From the NCBI GenBank assembly GCA_040776945.1, contig JAXGZN010000002.1, positions 768,001 through 832,000 on the forward strand: a DNA stretch of 64,000 bases, read 5' to 3'. The DNA comes from Methanomassiliicoccaceae archaeon (lineage in GTDB: Archaea; Thermoplasmatota; Thermoplasmata; Methanomassiliicoccales; Methanomassiliicoccaceae). Each line of letters starts with the position of its first letter. Position 1 is the first letter of the stretch. Shown in pieces: positions 28,754-37,668 of the stretch. The position numbers and the translations under genes were made by a program. The notes beneath the pieces were generated by a model. The model searched no databases. It was not told the origin of the DNA and was given only the letters and a program-made list of their open reading frames with translations.

Positions 28754-29206
28754 TTGATGTCCATACCTGAATCGTTGAACAAGGAGCATCTTCATCTGCA
28801 CGAGGTTCTGAAGAGAGCGGTGAAGGAGGAGGGGGCCCTCGGAGAGGCGGCCCGAGCGCTTATGGATGTGCTTCACCCTCACTTCGAGAAGGAGCAGGAG
28901 ATCGCGCTGCCTCCATTGGGCATGCTCACTCTTTCCGATGATGTGCCAAAGGGCGATATCGAAGGGGTCATCGCCCTCACCGATCGTTTCCGCCAGGAAC
29001 TGCCACGGATGCTAGAAGAGCATGTGGCCATCACTGAAAGGCTTGAAGCCTTGTCGCGGGAGGCGAGGAAGGTGGAGAAGGCCGAATACTCCGACTTCGC
29101 CGAGAGCCTGCGCCACCATGCCAAGATCGAAGAGGAGGTAATGTACCCCGCCTCGCTGCTCGTCGGATCGTACCTGCGGCTTTGGAGATCGGGCAAGAAG
29201 AGCTAA
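28754..29206 (+). CDS. Hemerythrin (HHE) domain protein
   Basis: 'L..EH', 'HF.KE...ALP', 'EH' and 'HA..EEEV.YP'. Confidence 0.82.
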   Translation: MMSIPESLNKEHLHLHEVLKRAVKEEGALGEAARALMDVLHPHFEKEQEIALPPLGMLTLSDDVPKGDIEGVIALTDRFRQELPRMLEEHVAITERLEALSREARKVEKAEYSDFAESLRHHAKIEEEVMYPASLLVGSYLRLWRSGKKS

Positions 29207-29733
29207 TCCCGAGGGTCCTCGACCGGTAGGTCCTCAGCGTTCTCCATGGCCTTCTTGCGGGCCCTCTTTGGCCGCTCGGAGGTGTTTGGGAACCTGGACA
29301 CCACAATATAGGCCCCTGCCCTCCTCTCATCACTGTAGTCCTTTGACATGGTCATCGAGATGACCTGACAATCATCAGTGAACAGAATTCCGGTCAGAGC
29401 ATCGTTGACCGCCCGGACCAGCTTGTCTATGTCCGGCTTGACCGTGGGGCGCTTGCGCCGGTGCTCGGGGACCGAGGGCGGGCGGGATAGCACGAAGTCC
29501 ACCTCTACCGAATAGGCCGAACCGCTGTCGCACTTCCAATCCCGGCCTTCAAGCGCCCTCTGAGCCTCGGTGGCCACTCGGCTTCGCCAGGCCTGCAGCC
29601 CCTTCTTGTTCTGATGAGTGGTCACCGTCCGGTCCAGGGCCTTGATGTAGTACGCCCTAGTGCTCCCCTCTGGAGTGGGCTCTCCCAGGACGGTGAACGC
29701 AATTATCTCCGCCGGATTGTCCAAATTCCTCAC
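29203..29733 (-). CDS. rusA: RusA family Holliday junction resolvase
   Basis: 'KPDIDKL.RAV.DAL.G..F.DD.QV' signature and N-terminal 'FTV.GEP.P.GS.R'. The start may be TTG at 29724. Confidence 0.85.
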   Translation of the reverse strand: MRNLDNPAEIIAFTVLGEPTPEGSTRAYYIKALDRTVTTHQNKKGLQAWRSRVATEAQRALEGRDWKCDSGSAYSVEVDFVLSRPPSVPEHRRKRPTVKPDIDKLVRAVNDALTGILFTDDCQVISMTMSKDYSDERRAGAYIVVSRFPNTSERPKRARKKAMENAEDLPVEDPRD

Positions 29734-29947
29734 CTGATCATCTTCCTGGGCATGGATACCGAGCTAGGCTCATGGCAGAACTGACGCAATATATGGTCCG
29801 ATGCGTCGCCCGGCCGAAAGTGCAAGGCCCATCCTGGCCCGGTGCATGGACCTATCGGCCATAATAGTTCTTCCCCGGGTTCGATAAAAGTGAAATATCC
29901 CGGCCGGCTATGGCCTGAGGAAACGGGAGGATAGGGCAGGAGGGAAA

Positions 29948-31156
29948 ATGACCAGCGATGGTGATCGTAATGACAAACGGTCTTTCCTGCACTCCGCAGA
30001 CCACCGCCAAAGGCTGGTCGCAATAGCTCTCGTGGCCATGCTGGCCTATGGTTCAATGATCGCGATCGATGGCCTGGTGATGAGGGAATGGCTGGACACG
30101 TCGTTCGGCCCGACCCCGGACCTGCATATCTATCAGGAGAGGGCCGGCCTCATCCTGAACGGCGGTATCATCTACCGCGACCTGGACATCGAGTCGCCCC
30201 CCTTGATCAACTATCTCCTGCTTCCACCCCAGATGATAGGAGGAGAATGGTGGGCCTATGAGGCGTACTTCTCGTTCTTTGTGCTCCTGACCGCCATTTC
30301 GATGTACCTTGTGATGCGCAGGTGGGACGGATACCGGGCAACCTTGGCCTCGCTTCTCGTCCTACTCTGTCCGTTCGCTCTGCAGGATGCCACATGGGGG
30401 GTCCAGGACGAGCCCATGGTGGCGTTCTTCTACCTACTGCCGGTGCTCCTCTTCCTCAGCGGCAAGAAGGGAGCGGCCGCCGTGGCCGCGGCCACAGGGT
30501 TCTGGACCAAGTTCCTTCCGGTGATCGTCTACCCTGACATCCTGCTTATGCTGAGGGGTCGCCGCGATGCCATGATGAACGTTATCATCGCCGTCGTCAC
30601 CTCGGCCCTCATAGCCCTTCCGTTCCTTCTCCTGTGCCCCATCGAGTTCCTCGGATTTCCGTCCTATTATCTGCTGGGACGCAGCGGAGAGGGGAGCGCC
30701 GGAATGTCGTTGATCAATCTCCTCGGGCAGGGCGGGTTCCAGCTTCCCGGGACGGTCGGGGCCGCGCTCACCGTGGGGGCGCTGCTGCTCTCCTACTACC
30801 TAATCCACCGGTGGGAGCTGGACATCTGGCGGGGAGCTATGCTCACCACCGTGATGTTCCTGTCCGTATACCCCATGATCCGTCTGGGCTACTTCATCTT
30901 CCCTTTTGCCTTCTTCGCGGTGTGGGCGGTGAACGACCGCGGCATACTGCTCCGCCTGGCCCCCATGTACGTCACCCTGTTGTTGGGCCAAGGACTGGAG
31001 TCCAACGAGCAGTGGCTGGGCCCCGCGTACTCGTGGGCTTTGGGAGCTGTGCTGGTGCTCGCCGGCACCCTGATCATGCTTGACATCGCCCGCCTGTGCC
31101 TGAAAAGAAGATGCTTCTTGGACGGCGCTGCGCGAGAGGGGCCCTCATCAGCCTAG
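29948..31156 (+). CDS. Polytopic membrane glycosyltransferase (GT-C fold, GT87-like)
   Basis: 'DL.IY', 'YRD...ESPP' loop, 'QDE' and 'K.LP', with about 10 TM helices. Confidence 0.7.
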   Translation: MTSDGDRNDKRSFLHSADHRQRLVAIALVAMLAYGSMIAIDGLVMREWLDTSFGPTPDLHIYQERAGLILNGGIIYRDLDIESPPLINYLLLPPQMIGGEWWAYEAYFSFFVLLTAISMYLVMRRWDGYRATLASLLVLLCPFALQDATWGVQDEPMVAFFYLLPVLLFLSGKKGAAAVAAATGFWTKFLPVIVYPDILLMLRGRRDAMMNVIIAVVTSALIALPFLLLCPIEFLGFPSYYLLGRSGEGSAGMSLINLLGQGGFQLPGTVGAALTVGALLLSYYLIHRWELDIWRGAMLTTVMFLSVYPMIRLGYFIFPFAFFAVWAVNDRGILLRLAPMYVTLLLGQGLESNEQWLGPAYSWALGAVLVLAGTLIMLDIARLCLKRRCFLDGAAREGPSSA

Positions 31157-31290
31157 AAGGTCTCATCATCTCCAGGCGGATCTGCTGACCCTCTTGTCAT
31201 CACCAGGGCCCCTCCCGCCAACGGTTACGCCTTGGCCCTATATCTCGATGATGGGAAACTTGAACTACTTTTAGAGCGCAAATCAGAGCG

Positions 31291-31536
31291 ATGCCGAGCG
31301 CCATCGTGCTCATCAACTGCGAGGTGGGCAAGGAAGGGGACATCATCAACAGCCTATGCGCTGTTGAAGGCGTGGAGAGGGCCTACCTCGTCTATGGCGT
31401 GTATGATATCGTCGTCCTGATCACCTCGCCCACGATGGAGGGGCTGGAGAGCACCCTCATGGCCAAGGTGAGGGCCCTCCCGGGGGTGAGGAGCACCATG
31501 ACCCTCATGATCAGCCGTGACTGCACCATAGGCTGA
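31291..31536 (+). CDS. Stand-alone Lrp/AsnC ligand-binding (RAM) domain protein
   Basis: 'A.VLI....GKE', 'V.G.YDIV' and 'R.LPGV.ST.T'. Confidence 0.88.
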   Translation: MPSAIVLINCEVGKEGDIINSLCAVEGVERAYLVYGVYDIVVLITSPTMEGLESTLMAKVRALPGVRSTMTLMISRDCTIG

Positions 31537-31564
31537 CAACGTTTTTTTCCACAATATACATGAA

Positions 31565-32125
31565 GTGAACGTGGACGGTCCCGGGGATGAGCGTAAGGGG
31601 AAGCTTGCCGGAGGGTTCCGCGAGAAGTTCCTGAGCGACCGCTCGGTCCAGTTCAGGCTCGCCGGGACCCTCGTCGGCCTGCTGTCCGTGGCCCTGCCGT
31701 GGGGGAGCATCATCGTCAGGGATCACTCCACTCATGCCACCGTGTCCCTCACCAGCGTCTGGTTCCCCGACCTGATCATGTCGTCTGCCCTGCTGGTCAG
31801 CGCGGCATCCCTACTTTTCATCGCCGCGACCGTCGCGGCGCTCCTGGATGCGAGGGCGGTGATCGTCCAGATGCTCGCCCTGGCGACCATGTTCATCACC
31901 ATGCCGGGACCGCTGGGTGATATCGCTGCCGCGCTGGCGCCGTCGCTGCCCGAGGGGACCCTGTCGACGACGATCGCTATGGGCTTCTACCTCGGAGCGT
32001 TCTCCGCCGCCATCCTGCTGGTCTCCCTCATCCCGTTCAGGGAGGTGGGCCATGACGCCAGGACCGGGCTGATCGGCTCCGAGCGCCTCAGGCCGGAGGA
32101 GAACGTTTACCACAAGTGGAGGTAA
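31565..32125 (+). CDS. Hypothetical 4-TM membrane protein
   Basis: Hydrophobic helices, 'LPW' motif, host-like codon usage, and it fills the gap between neighbours. Confidence 0.6.
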   Translation: MNVDGPGDERKGKLAGGFREKFLSDRSVQFRLAGTLVGLLSVALPWGSIIVRDHSTHATVSLTSVWFPDLIMSSALLVSAASLLFIAATVAALLDARAVIVQMLALATMFITMPGPLGDIAAALAPSLPEGTLSTTIAMGFYLGAFSAAILLVSLIPFREVGHDARTGLIGSERLRPEENVYHKWR

Positions 32126-32176
32126 CGGGAAGCAAAAACCAATTCGCATAAATATCCCGCTTCCCTTCGACGGTCC

Positions 32177-32803
32177 ATGGACGGCCTGAGCGATCCCTTG
32201 CTGTTCCTCGGTCTGGTGGCGTTCATCTCCCTGTCCGGCGCGCTGATGCCCGGTCCGATATTCGCGACCGCCGTGGCCAAGGGATTCAGGGACAAGCACG
32301 CGGGGATGAAGATCGCTGCCGGGCATGCGGTCATCGAGATACCTTTGGTCGCAGCCATCTTCTTTGGGTTCGAGGCCGTCCTCAAGGATGACGCGGTCTT
32401 CGCCGCCATCGGGCTGGTGGGGGGCGCGTTCCTGTTCTACATGGGCCTGTCCATGATGCGGACCAAGATTGAGGATGGTCAGTACCAGGGCTCGAAGCTT
32501 GGCCCTTTCACCGCCGGCGTGGCCCTGACCGCCGCGAACCCATACTTCCTGCTGTGGTGGGCCACCGTGGGTGCGTCCCTCATCGGGACCGCGTTGGGCT
32601 ACGGCCTGATCATACTGCCTTTGTTCGTCATGGTCCACCTGGCCTGCGACCTTGGCTGGCTGGAGTTCGTCTCCTTCTCGGTGAACCGGTCCGAACGGTT
32701 CCTCACCGGACGAAGATATCGGTACCTGTTCATCGGCTGCGGCGCATTTCTCATGGTGTTCGCGCTGTACTTCGTGGTCAGCTCCTTTCAGATCCTTTTT
32801 TGA
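32177..32803 (+). CDS. LysE family transporter
   Basis: 'SGAL.PGP', 'G.....GH...E' and 'NPYF..WW'. Confidence 0.9.
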   Translation: MDGLSDPLLFLGLVAFISLSGALMPGPIFATAVAKGFRDKHAGMKIAAGHAVIEIPLVAAIFFGFEAVLKDDAVFAAIGLVGGAFLFYMGLSMMRTKIEDGQYQGSKLGPFTAGVALTAANPYFLLWWATVGASLIGTALGYGLIILPLFVMVHLACDLGWLEFVSFSVNRSERFLTGRRYRYLFIGCGAFLMVFALYFVVSSFQILF

Positions 32804-34196
32804 CCGAGGGTGTCGCCGACCTTGCCTCCTCCTCGGTACCCTTTTGATACTTCAACGGTAAGGCGCGGGGGACCAGCTCAAGATCGGCCTGTACGGCGAG
32901 CCTTCCGCAGCATGTCGAGATATCGATGCCGATCATCTTCAGGTCGAAGGGGGACCTCTCGGACGGTATGGGGACCTCGGACAATACCTTCGGCAGCCTG
33001 GACGATACTATCTCCCGGCCCATGCTTTCAGCTATCTTCCCGAGGGTTTCGGTGGGGAGGGGCCAGGGGAGGTCTAGTTCGATATCGAGATCAGTGAGCT
33101 CCAACCTCGGCAGTGATCCTTCTGTCCTCTTTACGGTGATCTCAGCTCGCTCGAGGACGAAATCGCCGTCGATATCCCAGGATCTGACCGTGGTCCTCTC
33201 GGTCCTGGGCGCGTCCTTCTCTGGCGCCCGCCGCACGAACGCCATCAGGCGATCGATGGTTCCTCCCTTGAACCGCTCCAGCACCAGGTCCGCACGTGCA
33301 TGGATGCGGGCCGGTATCTTGCACAATATTATCTTCCCGCCCTCACCGAAGGACAGGTTCGGCCGACCAGCGCATGCGATATAGCTCACCTCGATGGTCG
33401 ATGCGTTCTTGATGGCCCTCTTGCCCAGGCCTCGCCGGCCGAGGGTCGTCAAGGTCTCGGCCGACGCCAACATTAGGTCCGCTACCGTCCTTGCGTCGGG
33501 AATGGCGAACGACAGCCTGCCTTCTATGTCGCCGATCTCCTCCACCGCCCGGGCCGCTATGTCCTCGGCCGTTCCCTCGCATACCGCTACGGTCAGGTCC
33601 CATGGTCCGGGGTCCGGCAGCGGGGCCGGGGGGAAAGGATCGTCCTCCATCCCGATCAGCATTATCACGCCCTCCGGGACTATTCTGATGTCCCTCACCC
33701 TCAGCTCGAGGGGCGGCGTGCCGGGCTTGGCCGACGACAAGGGCGCCCTTATCGGCGGCAATCGCAGCTGATGCCCATCGCTCACTCCCAGGCCCCGGAA
33801 CAGAAAGCTTTGGACGAAGGGACCGAGAACGGCCAGTAGGCCTTTCGGGAAAGAGCAGCCCAGGTTAAGACGGAGGTCCTCTATGTCCAGGCCGGCCACC
33901 GAGATCAACGTCCGATCGCCCTCCGCTCTCGCTCGTACATCGGCCCTGGCTTCCGCCAGATACCTCACTCCCATCCCCCATGGTATGGACACGGTCCCCT
34001 CGATCGGCGCGCGAAGGGTGAGGGTTCCATCGGACGTCTCTATGCGGGGAAGGGAGACCAAGGATGCCGTGTAGCAAGCATGTAACAGTTCTGAACGTCC
34101 GATGCGGCCTTCGATGCTGGGTAAGATACCGGCCTCCTCGGCCTGACGCATAAGGCGGTTGATGGCTCCGGTAGCAAGGAAGACCGCGATCGGCAT
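32778..34196 (-). CDS. Hypothetical protein, possibly tandem TULIP (BPI/LBP-like) fold
   Basis: 472 aa ORF that fills the gap, with an internal two-fold repeat joined by a Pro-rich linker. The fold is inferred. Confidence 0.6.
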   Translation of the reverse strand: MPIAVFLATGAINRLMRQAEEAGILPSIEGRIGRSELLHACYTASLVSLPRIETSDGTLTLRAPIEGTVSIPWGMGVRYLAEARADVRARAEGDRTLISVAGLDIEDLRLNLGCSFPKGLLAVLGPFVQSFLFRGLGVSDGHQLRLPPIRAPLSSAKPGTPPLELRVRDIRIVPEGVIMLIGMEDDPFPPAPLPDPGPWDLTVAVCEGTAEDIAARAVEEIGDIEGRLSFAIPDARTVADLMLASAETLTTLGRRGLGKRAIKNASTIEVSYIACAGRPNLSFGEGGKIILCKIPARIHARADLVLERFKGGTIDRLMAFVRRAPEKDAPRTERTTVRSWDIDGDFVLERAEITVKRTEGSLPRLELTDLDIELDLPWPLPTETLGKIAESMGREIVSSRLPKVLSEVPIPSERSPFDLKMIGIDISTCCGRLAVQADLELVPRALPLKYQKGTEEEARSATPSVKKGSERS

Positions 34197-34298
34197 GTGC
34201 GGTGCTATCTTCCACTGCGCTGTTATTATAATCCACGTTGCGGCGAGGTCCGGGCCGCTGTCCGCGCAAGGGGGCCGATGGCCGGGTCCATCGCTGTC

Positions 34299-35204
34299 TC
34301 AATCCCCTCTTCCTATGTCCATCATCCTCTGGAGCGGACGCCTCGCTCTCTCCATCAGCTCATCGTTCAAGGTCATCTCAGGACCCATGGATTCCAGTGA
34401 GGAGAGGATGTTGTGCAGGGTGATGAGCTTCATCGTCGGACATACTGCGCCGGGGACCGCATAGAAGGTCTTGCCAGGGTTCTCCTTGGCCAGGCGGTAG
34501 ATCATCTCCTGCTCCGTCCCGATGATGAACTCGATCTTCGGTGATTCCCGAACGAACCTCAGCATGCCTTCTGTGGAGAACACCGCGTCGGCCATGTCGA
34601 TGACCTCAGGCCGGCATTCCGGATGGACGACGATGGCGGCGCGGGGATGCTCCTCCTTGAGCTTTGAGATCTTCTCCACGGTGATCGATTCATGGGTGGG
34701 GCAATATCCCGGCCAAGGGATTATGTCCTTATCCGTCGACCGCTGCACGAAGGAGGCGAGGTTCTCATCGGGAATGAATATCACGAGATCGGCCTCCAGG
34801 CTGTTGACTACCTTAACGGCGTTCGACGAGGTGCAGCATATATCGGCCTCAGCCTTGCACTCCGCCGAGGTGTTTACGTAGGCGACCACGTCGGCCCGGG
34901 GGAAGTCCTTCTTAAGCATCCTCACGCCCTTGGGATCGCACATGGCGGCCATTGGGCAGCGGGCTTTCGGTTCTGGATGGATCACGATCTTCGAAGGGTT
35001 GAGGATCTTGGCGCTCTCGGCCATAAAGTCCACCCCGCAGAACACGATCACATCGGCGGAGGTCTTGGCCGCGGCCATGGCCAGGCCCAGGGAGTCCCCC
35101 ACGAAGTCCGCGATGTCCTGCACTTCCGGGGCCTGATAGTTGTGCGCGAGGATCACGGCGTTACGTTCCCTCTTCAGTTCCATTATTCGGTCCTGGGGCC
35201 GCAT
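34299..35204 (-). CDS. nadA: Quinolinate synthase
   Basis: 'ILAHNYQ', 'GDSL', 'FCGV.FMAE', 'CPMA', 'YVN', 'CTSSNA', 'HPEC' and 'C..MK'. ATG at 35204. Confidence 0.96.
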   Translation of the reverse strand: MRPQDRIMELKRERNAVILAHNYQAPEVQDIADFVGDSLGLAMAAAKTSADVIVFCGVDFMAESAKILNPSKIVIHPEPKARCPMAAMCDPKGVRMLKKDFPRADVVAYVNTSAECKAEADICCTSSNAVKVVNSLEADLVIFIPDENLASFVQRSTDKDIIPWPGYCPTHESITVEKISKLKEEHPRAAIVVHPECRPEVIDMADAVFSTEGMLRFVRESPKIEFIIGTEQEMIYRLAKENPGKTFYAVPGAVCPTMKLITLHNILSSLESMGPEMTLNDELMERARRPLQRMMDIGRGD

Positions 35205-35332
35205 TAGTTTCGTGATAAAGAGGTCGATATAAATAATTGATTCTTGAGATGAGCGCGGGTCGACCATCCAGAGAGGGGCGGGGACGCCTGGTTTCATCAT
35301 ATTTATAATTCCCGAGCATATGATGCCCCGAG

Positions 35333-35773
35333 GTGAGCGACGAGATGAGGTCATCACGCGAGGCGCAGGCGGCCAGTTACTTCCGCTGCACCAACAGGGA
35401 CAGGGCCGCATTTGAGGCCGGTATCAAGCTGGCCGCGGTCTACCACCAGTTCATCGGCACTCCGGTGAGCTCATCCAGCGTGGAGAGCCTGGAGCGGGCC
35501 ATCGAAGAAGGGGTGAAGGTGCAGCCGTTCGTCGAGTCGGTGTCGGTGCGGATCCTCAGGGAAAGCCTCCGCTGCAAGAGGAACGAGTATGACTATCAGT
35601 CATTGACGGGAGATATGCTCGACGTTTCCGTGAGCATAAGGATCGAGGGCATCAGGGTGCTTGGGCGGATGAGGTATATCGATGAGATCAAGTATCCCTT
35701 GATGTACATCGAGGGGATCGAGCACCTTGGCCATCCACGATCCAATGAAGATGGGAGCAAGGCCCCTCAATGA
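35333..35773 (+). CDS. mptD: Archaeal dihydroneopterin aldolase (DUF372/MptD)
   Basis: 'RAAFEAGIKL...YHQF.GTPV', 'QPFV' and 'YPLM'. Confidence 0.88.
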   Translation: MSDEMRSSREAQAASYFRCTNRDRAAFEAGIKLAAVYHQFIGTPVSSSSVESLERAIEEGVKVQPFVESVSVRILRESLRCKRNEYDYQSLTGDMLDVSVSIRIEGIRVLGRMRYIDEIKYPLMYIEGIEHLGHPRSNEDGSKAPQ

Positions 35774-35972
35774 TATTTGGCGTGGGTATCGCGATGGCCA
35801 TCATGGACCTCGCAGGACCAGTGCCTCCCCTCATATCATGATGGTCAGAGAACCTAGGCGCGAGCGTTGAGGCATTAACGCCCAGAAAAGATATTAATCA
35901 ACGGACGCCCTTACGGGCTGGCACCAGTTCCCTTTGGAGTTTCGAGGGGCACGAGTTCGCTTCGGTGACAAA

Positions 35973-36518
35973 ATGAACACCACCATCAAGATCGGCATAA
36001 CGGGATTGCCTGGAGCGGGGAAGACCCATGCATTGCTCAAGGTCATAGAGATGCTGGAGGCCGAAGGATATAAGGTCGGAGGGATGGTGACCGAACCGAT
36101 CATCGAAGATAATAAGCGGACCGGTTTCGCCATCGTTGACTGGTCGAGCAAGGAGAAGGGGATCTTCGCTCATGTGAGCATTCACTCAAAGTTCATGGTC
36201 GGCAAGTTCGGCGTTGACCTTGATGTCTTGGAGGAGGTGGGCGTGAAGGCACTGCTGAAGGCGTGCGAGGACGCCGATGTTATCGTGATCGATGAGGTGG
36301 GACGGATGGAGGTCGAGTCCCAGACGTTCATTGACACGGTGAAATATGCTTTGGACATAGAGAAGCCGCTTCTCCTTACATTGCATAAGAAATCCCGCAA
36401 TCCCCTTCTTCAGGACATCAGGCGGCGGGACGATGTCCGCATCCTTGAGGTCACTCCGATAAACCGCAATCTTCTGCCGTACAAGATAATGAAGCTCATG
36501 AAGGGCGAGCTCCTGTGA
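35973..36518 (+). CDS. Nucleoside-triphosphatase (THEP1/NTPase_1)
   Basis: 'ITGLPGAGKT', 'VGK.GVD', 'IDEVG.ME' and 'T..NRN'. Confidence 0.92.
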   Translation: MNTTIKIGITGLPGAGKTHALLKVIEMLEAEGYKVGGMVTEPIIEDNKRTGFAIVDWSSKEKGIFAHVSIHSKFMVGKFGVDLDVLEEVGVKALLKACEDADVIVIDEVGRMEVESQTFIDTVKYALDIEKPLLLTLHKKSRNPLLQDIRRRDDVRILEVTPINRNLLPYKIMKLMKGELL

Positions 36519-37624
36519 GCCGCCCTCCCGATTCTGTTCTGGTCCGAGAGGGAACGACCGACCTGCTCGTGCCATCGACACGCTCCGTGAAGGGGCCCGG
36601 TAAGCGGGTCGGCCGAGTGTTCTTCAATGATCAAATGGCGTTCAACCGCGATGTCACGATAATGCTTCTGAAGGCCTGCCCTCGGACCAGGACCGCCCTG
36701 GACGCGATGGCCGGAACTGGTGCGAGAGCGGTCCGCCTCGCCCGCGAGGCCAGACCGGACATGGACATCGTGGCCAACGATCGCGATGCCGAGGCCTGCG
36801 AATACATAAAGGCCAACATCGAGCTCGCAGGAAGCGGCAACATCAAGGCGTCCAATGATGACCTGAGGTGCCTTCTCGCGCGGAGGGCGTTCGACTATAT
36901 CGATCTCGACCCTTTCGGCACCCCGGTCCATTTCATTCCGGCGATCATGCAGGGCCTTCGCCGGCACGGGGTCGCTGGGATAACCGCTACGGACACCGCC
37001 CCCTTGGCTGGTACCTACCCGAAGAAATGCCTCCGACGCTACGGCGCGCTGTCCATGCGCTCCCCCTTCGGGCATGAGAGCGGCCTGAGGATACTCATCG
37101 GTCATATCGCGCGGGAGGCGGCCAAAGAAGATAAGGGCCTGGAATGCCTGCTCTCGTTCTACGCGGACCATTACATGCGGGCCTACGTGAGGGTGGTGGA
37201 TGGGGGCGCAGCAGCAGACCGGACCATCGCCGCCCTCGGCTTCATCGACTTCGATCGGGCGACCGGCGAGAGATCGGTCTCTCTCGAGAGAACCTCCTCA
37301 AGGTCAATAGGCCCGCTGTGGCTGGGACCTCTTCACGACCATGACCTTCTCACGTCGATGGAGGCGGGCGAGAACCTGCAGACCATGAAAAGATGCGCCA
37401 AATACCTGGATGTCTGGAGAAAGGAGCTGGACGTCCCGTTCTTCTATGACAACGATGAGCTGGCCTCGCTGGTGCGGACCTCGCCCCGACGCCTGGATGC
37501 GGTGTTGGAGGCCCTGGGAACGGAGGGCAGGGTCTCCAAGACCCACTTTTCGCCCACGGGGGTCAGGACCGACCTTCCGCTCGAGGACGTGCTCGAGATC
37601 TACGCGTCACTGGAGGAACGCTGA
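36515..37624 (+). CDS. trm1: tRNA (guanine26-N2)-dimethyltransferase
   Basis: 'VFFN..M.FNRD', 'AGTG.RA.R', 'IDLDPFGTP', 'TATD', 'E.GLRIL' and 'THF.P.G..TD'. Confidence 0.95.
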   Translation: MSRPPDSVLVREGTTDLLVPSTRSVKGPGKRVGRVFFNDQMAFNRDVTIMLLKACPRTRTALDAMAGTGARAVRLAREARPDMDIVANDRDAEACEYIKANIELAGSGNIKASNDDLRCLLARRAFDYIDLDPFGTPVHFIPAIMQGLRRHGVAGITATDTAPLAGTYPKKCLRRYGALSMRSPFGHESGLRILIGHIAREAAKEDKGLECLLSFYADHYMRAYVRVVDGGAAADRTIAALGFIDFDRATGERSVSLERTSSRSIGPLWLGPLHDHDLLTSMEAGENLQTMKRCAKYLDVWRKELDVPFFYDNDELASLVRTSPRRLDAVLEALGTEGRVSKTHFSPTGVRTDLPLEDVLEIYASLEER

Positions 37625-37668
37625 TAAAATCATTCAAATAACGGGATTATATGATGGAAGTTGATTAG

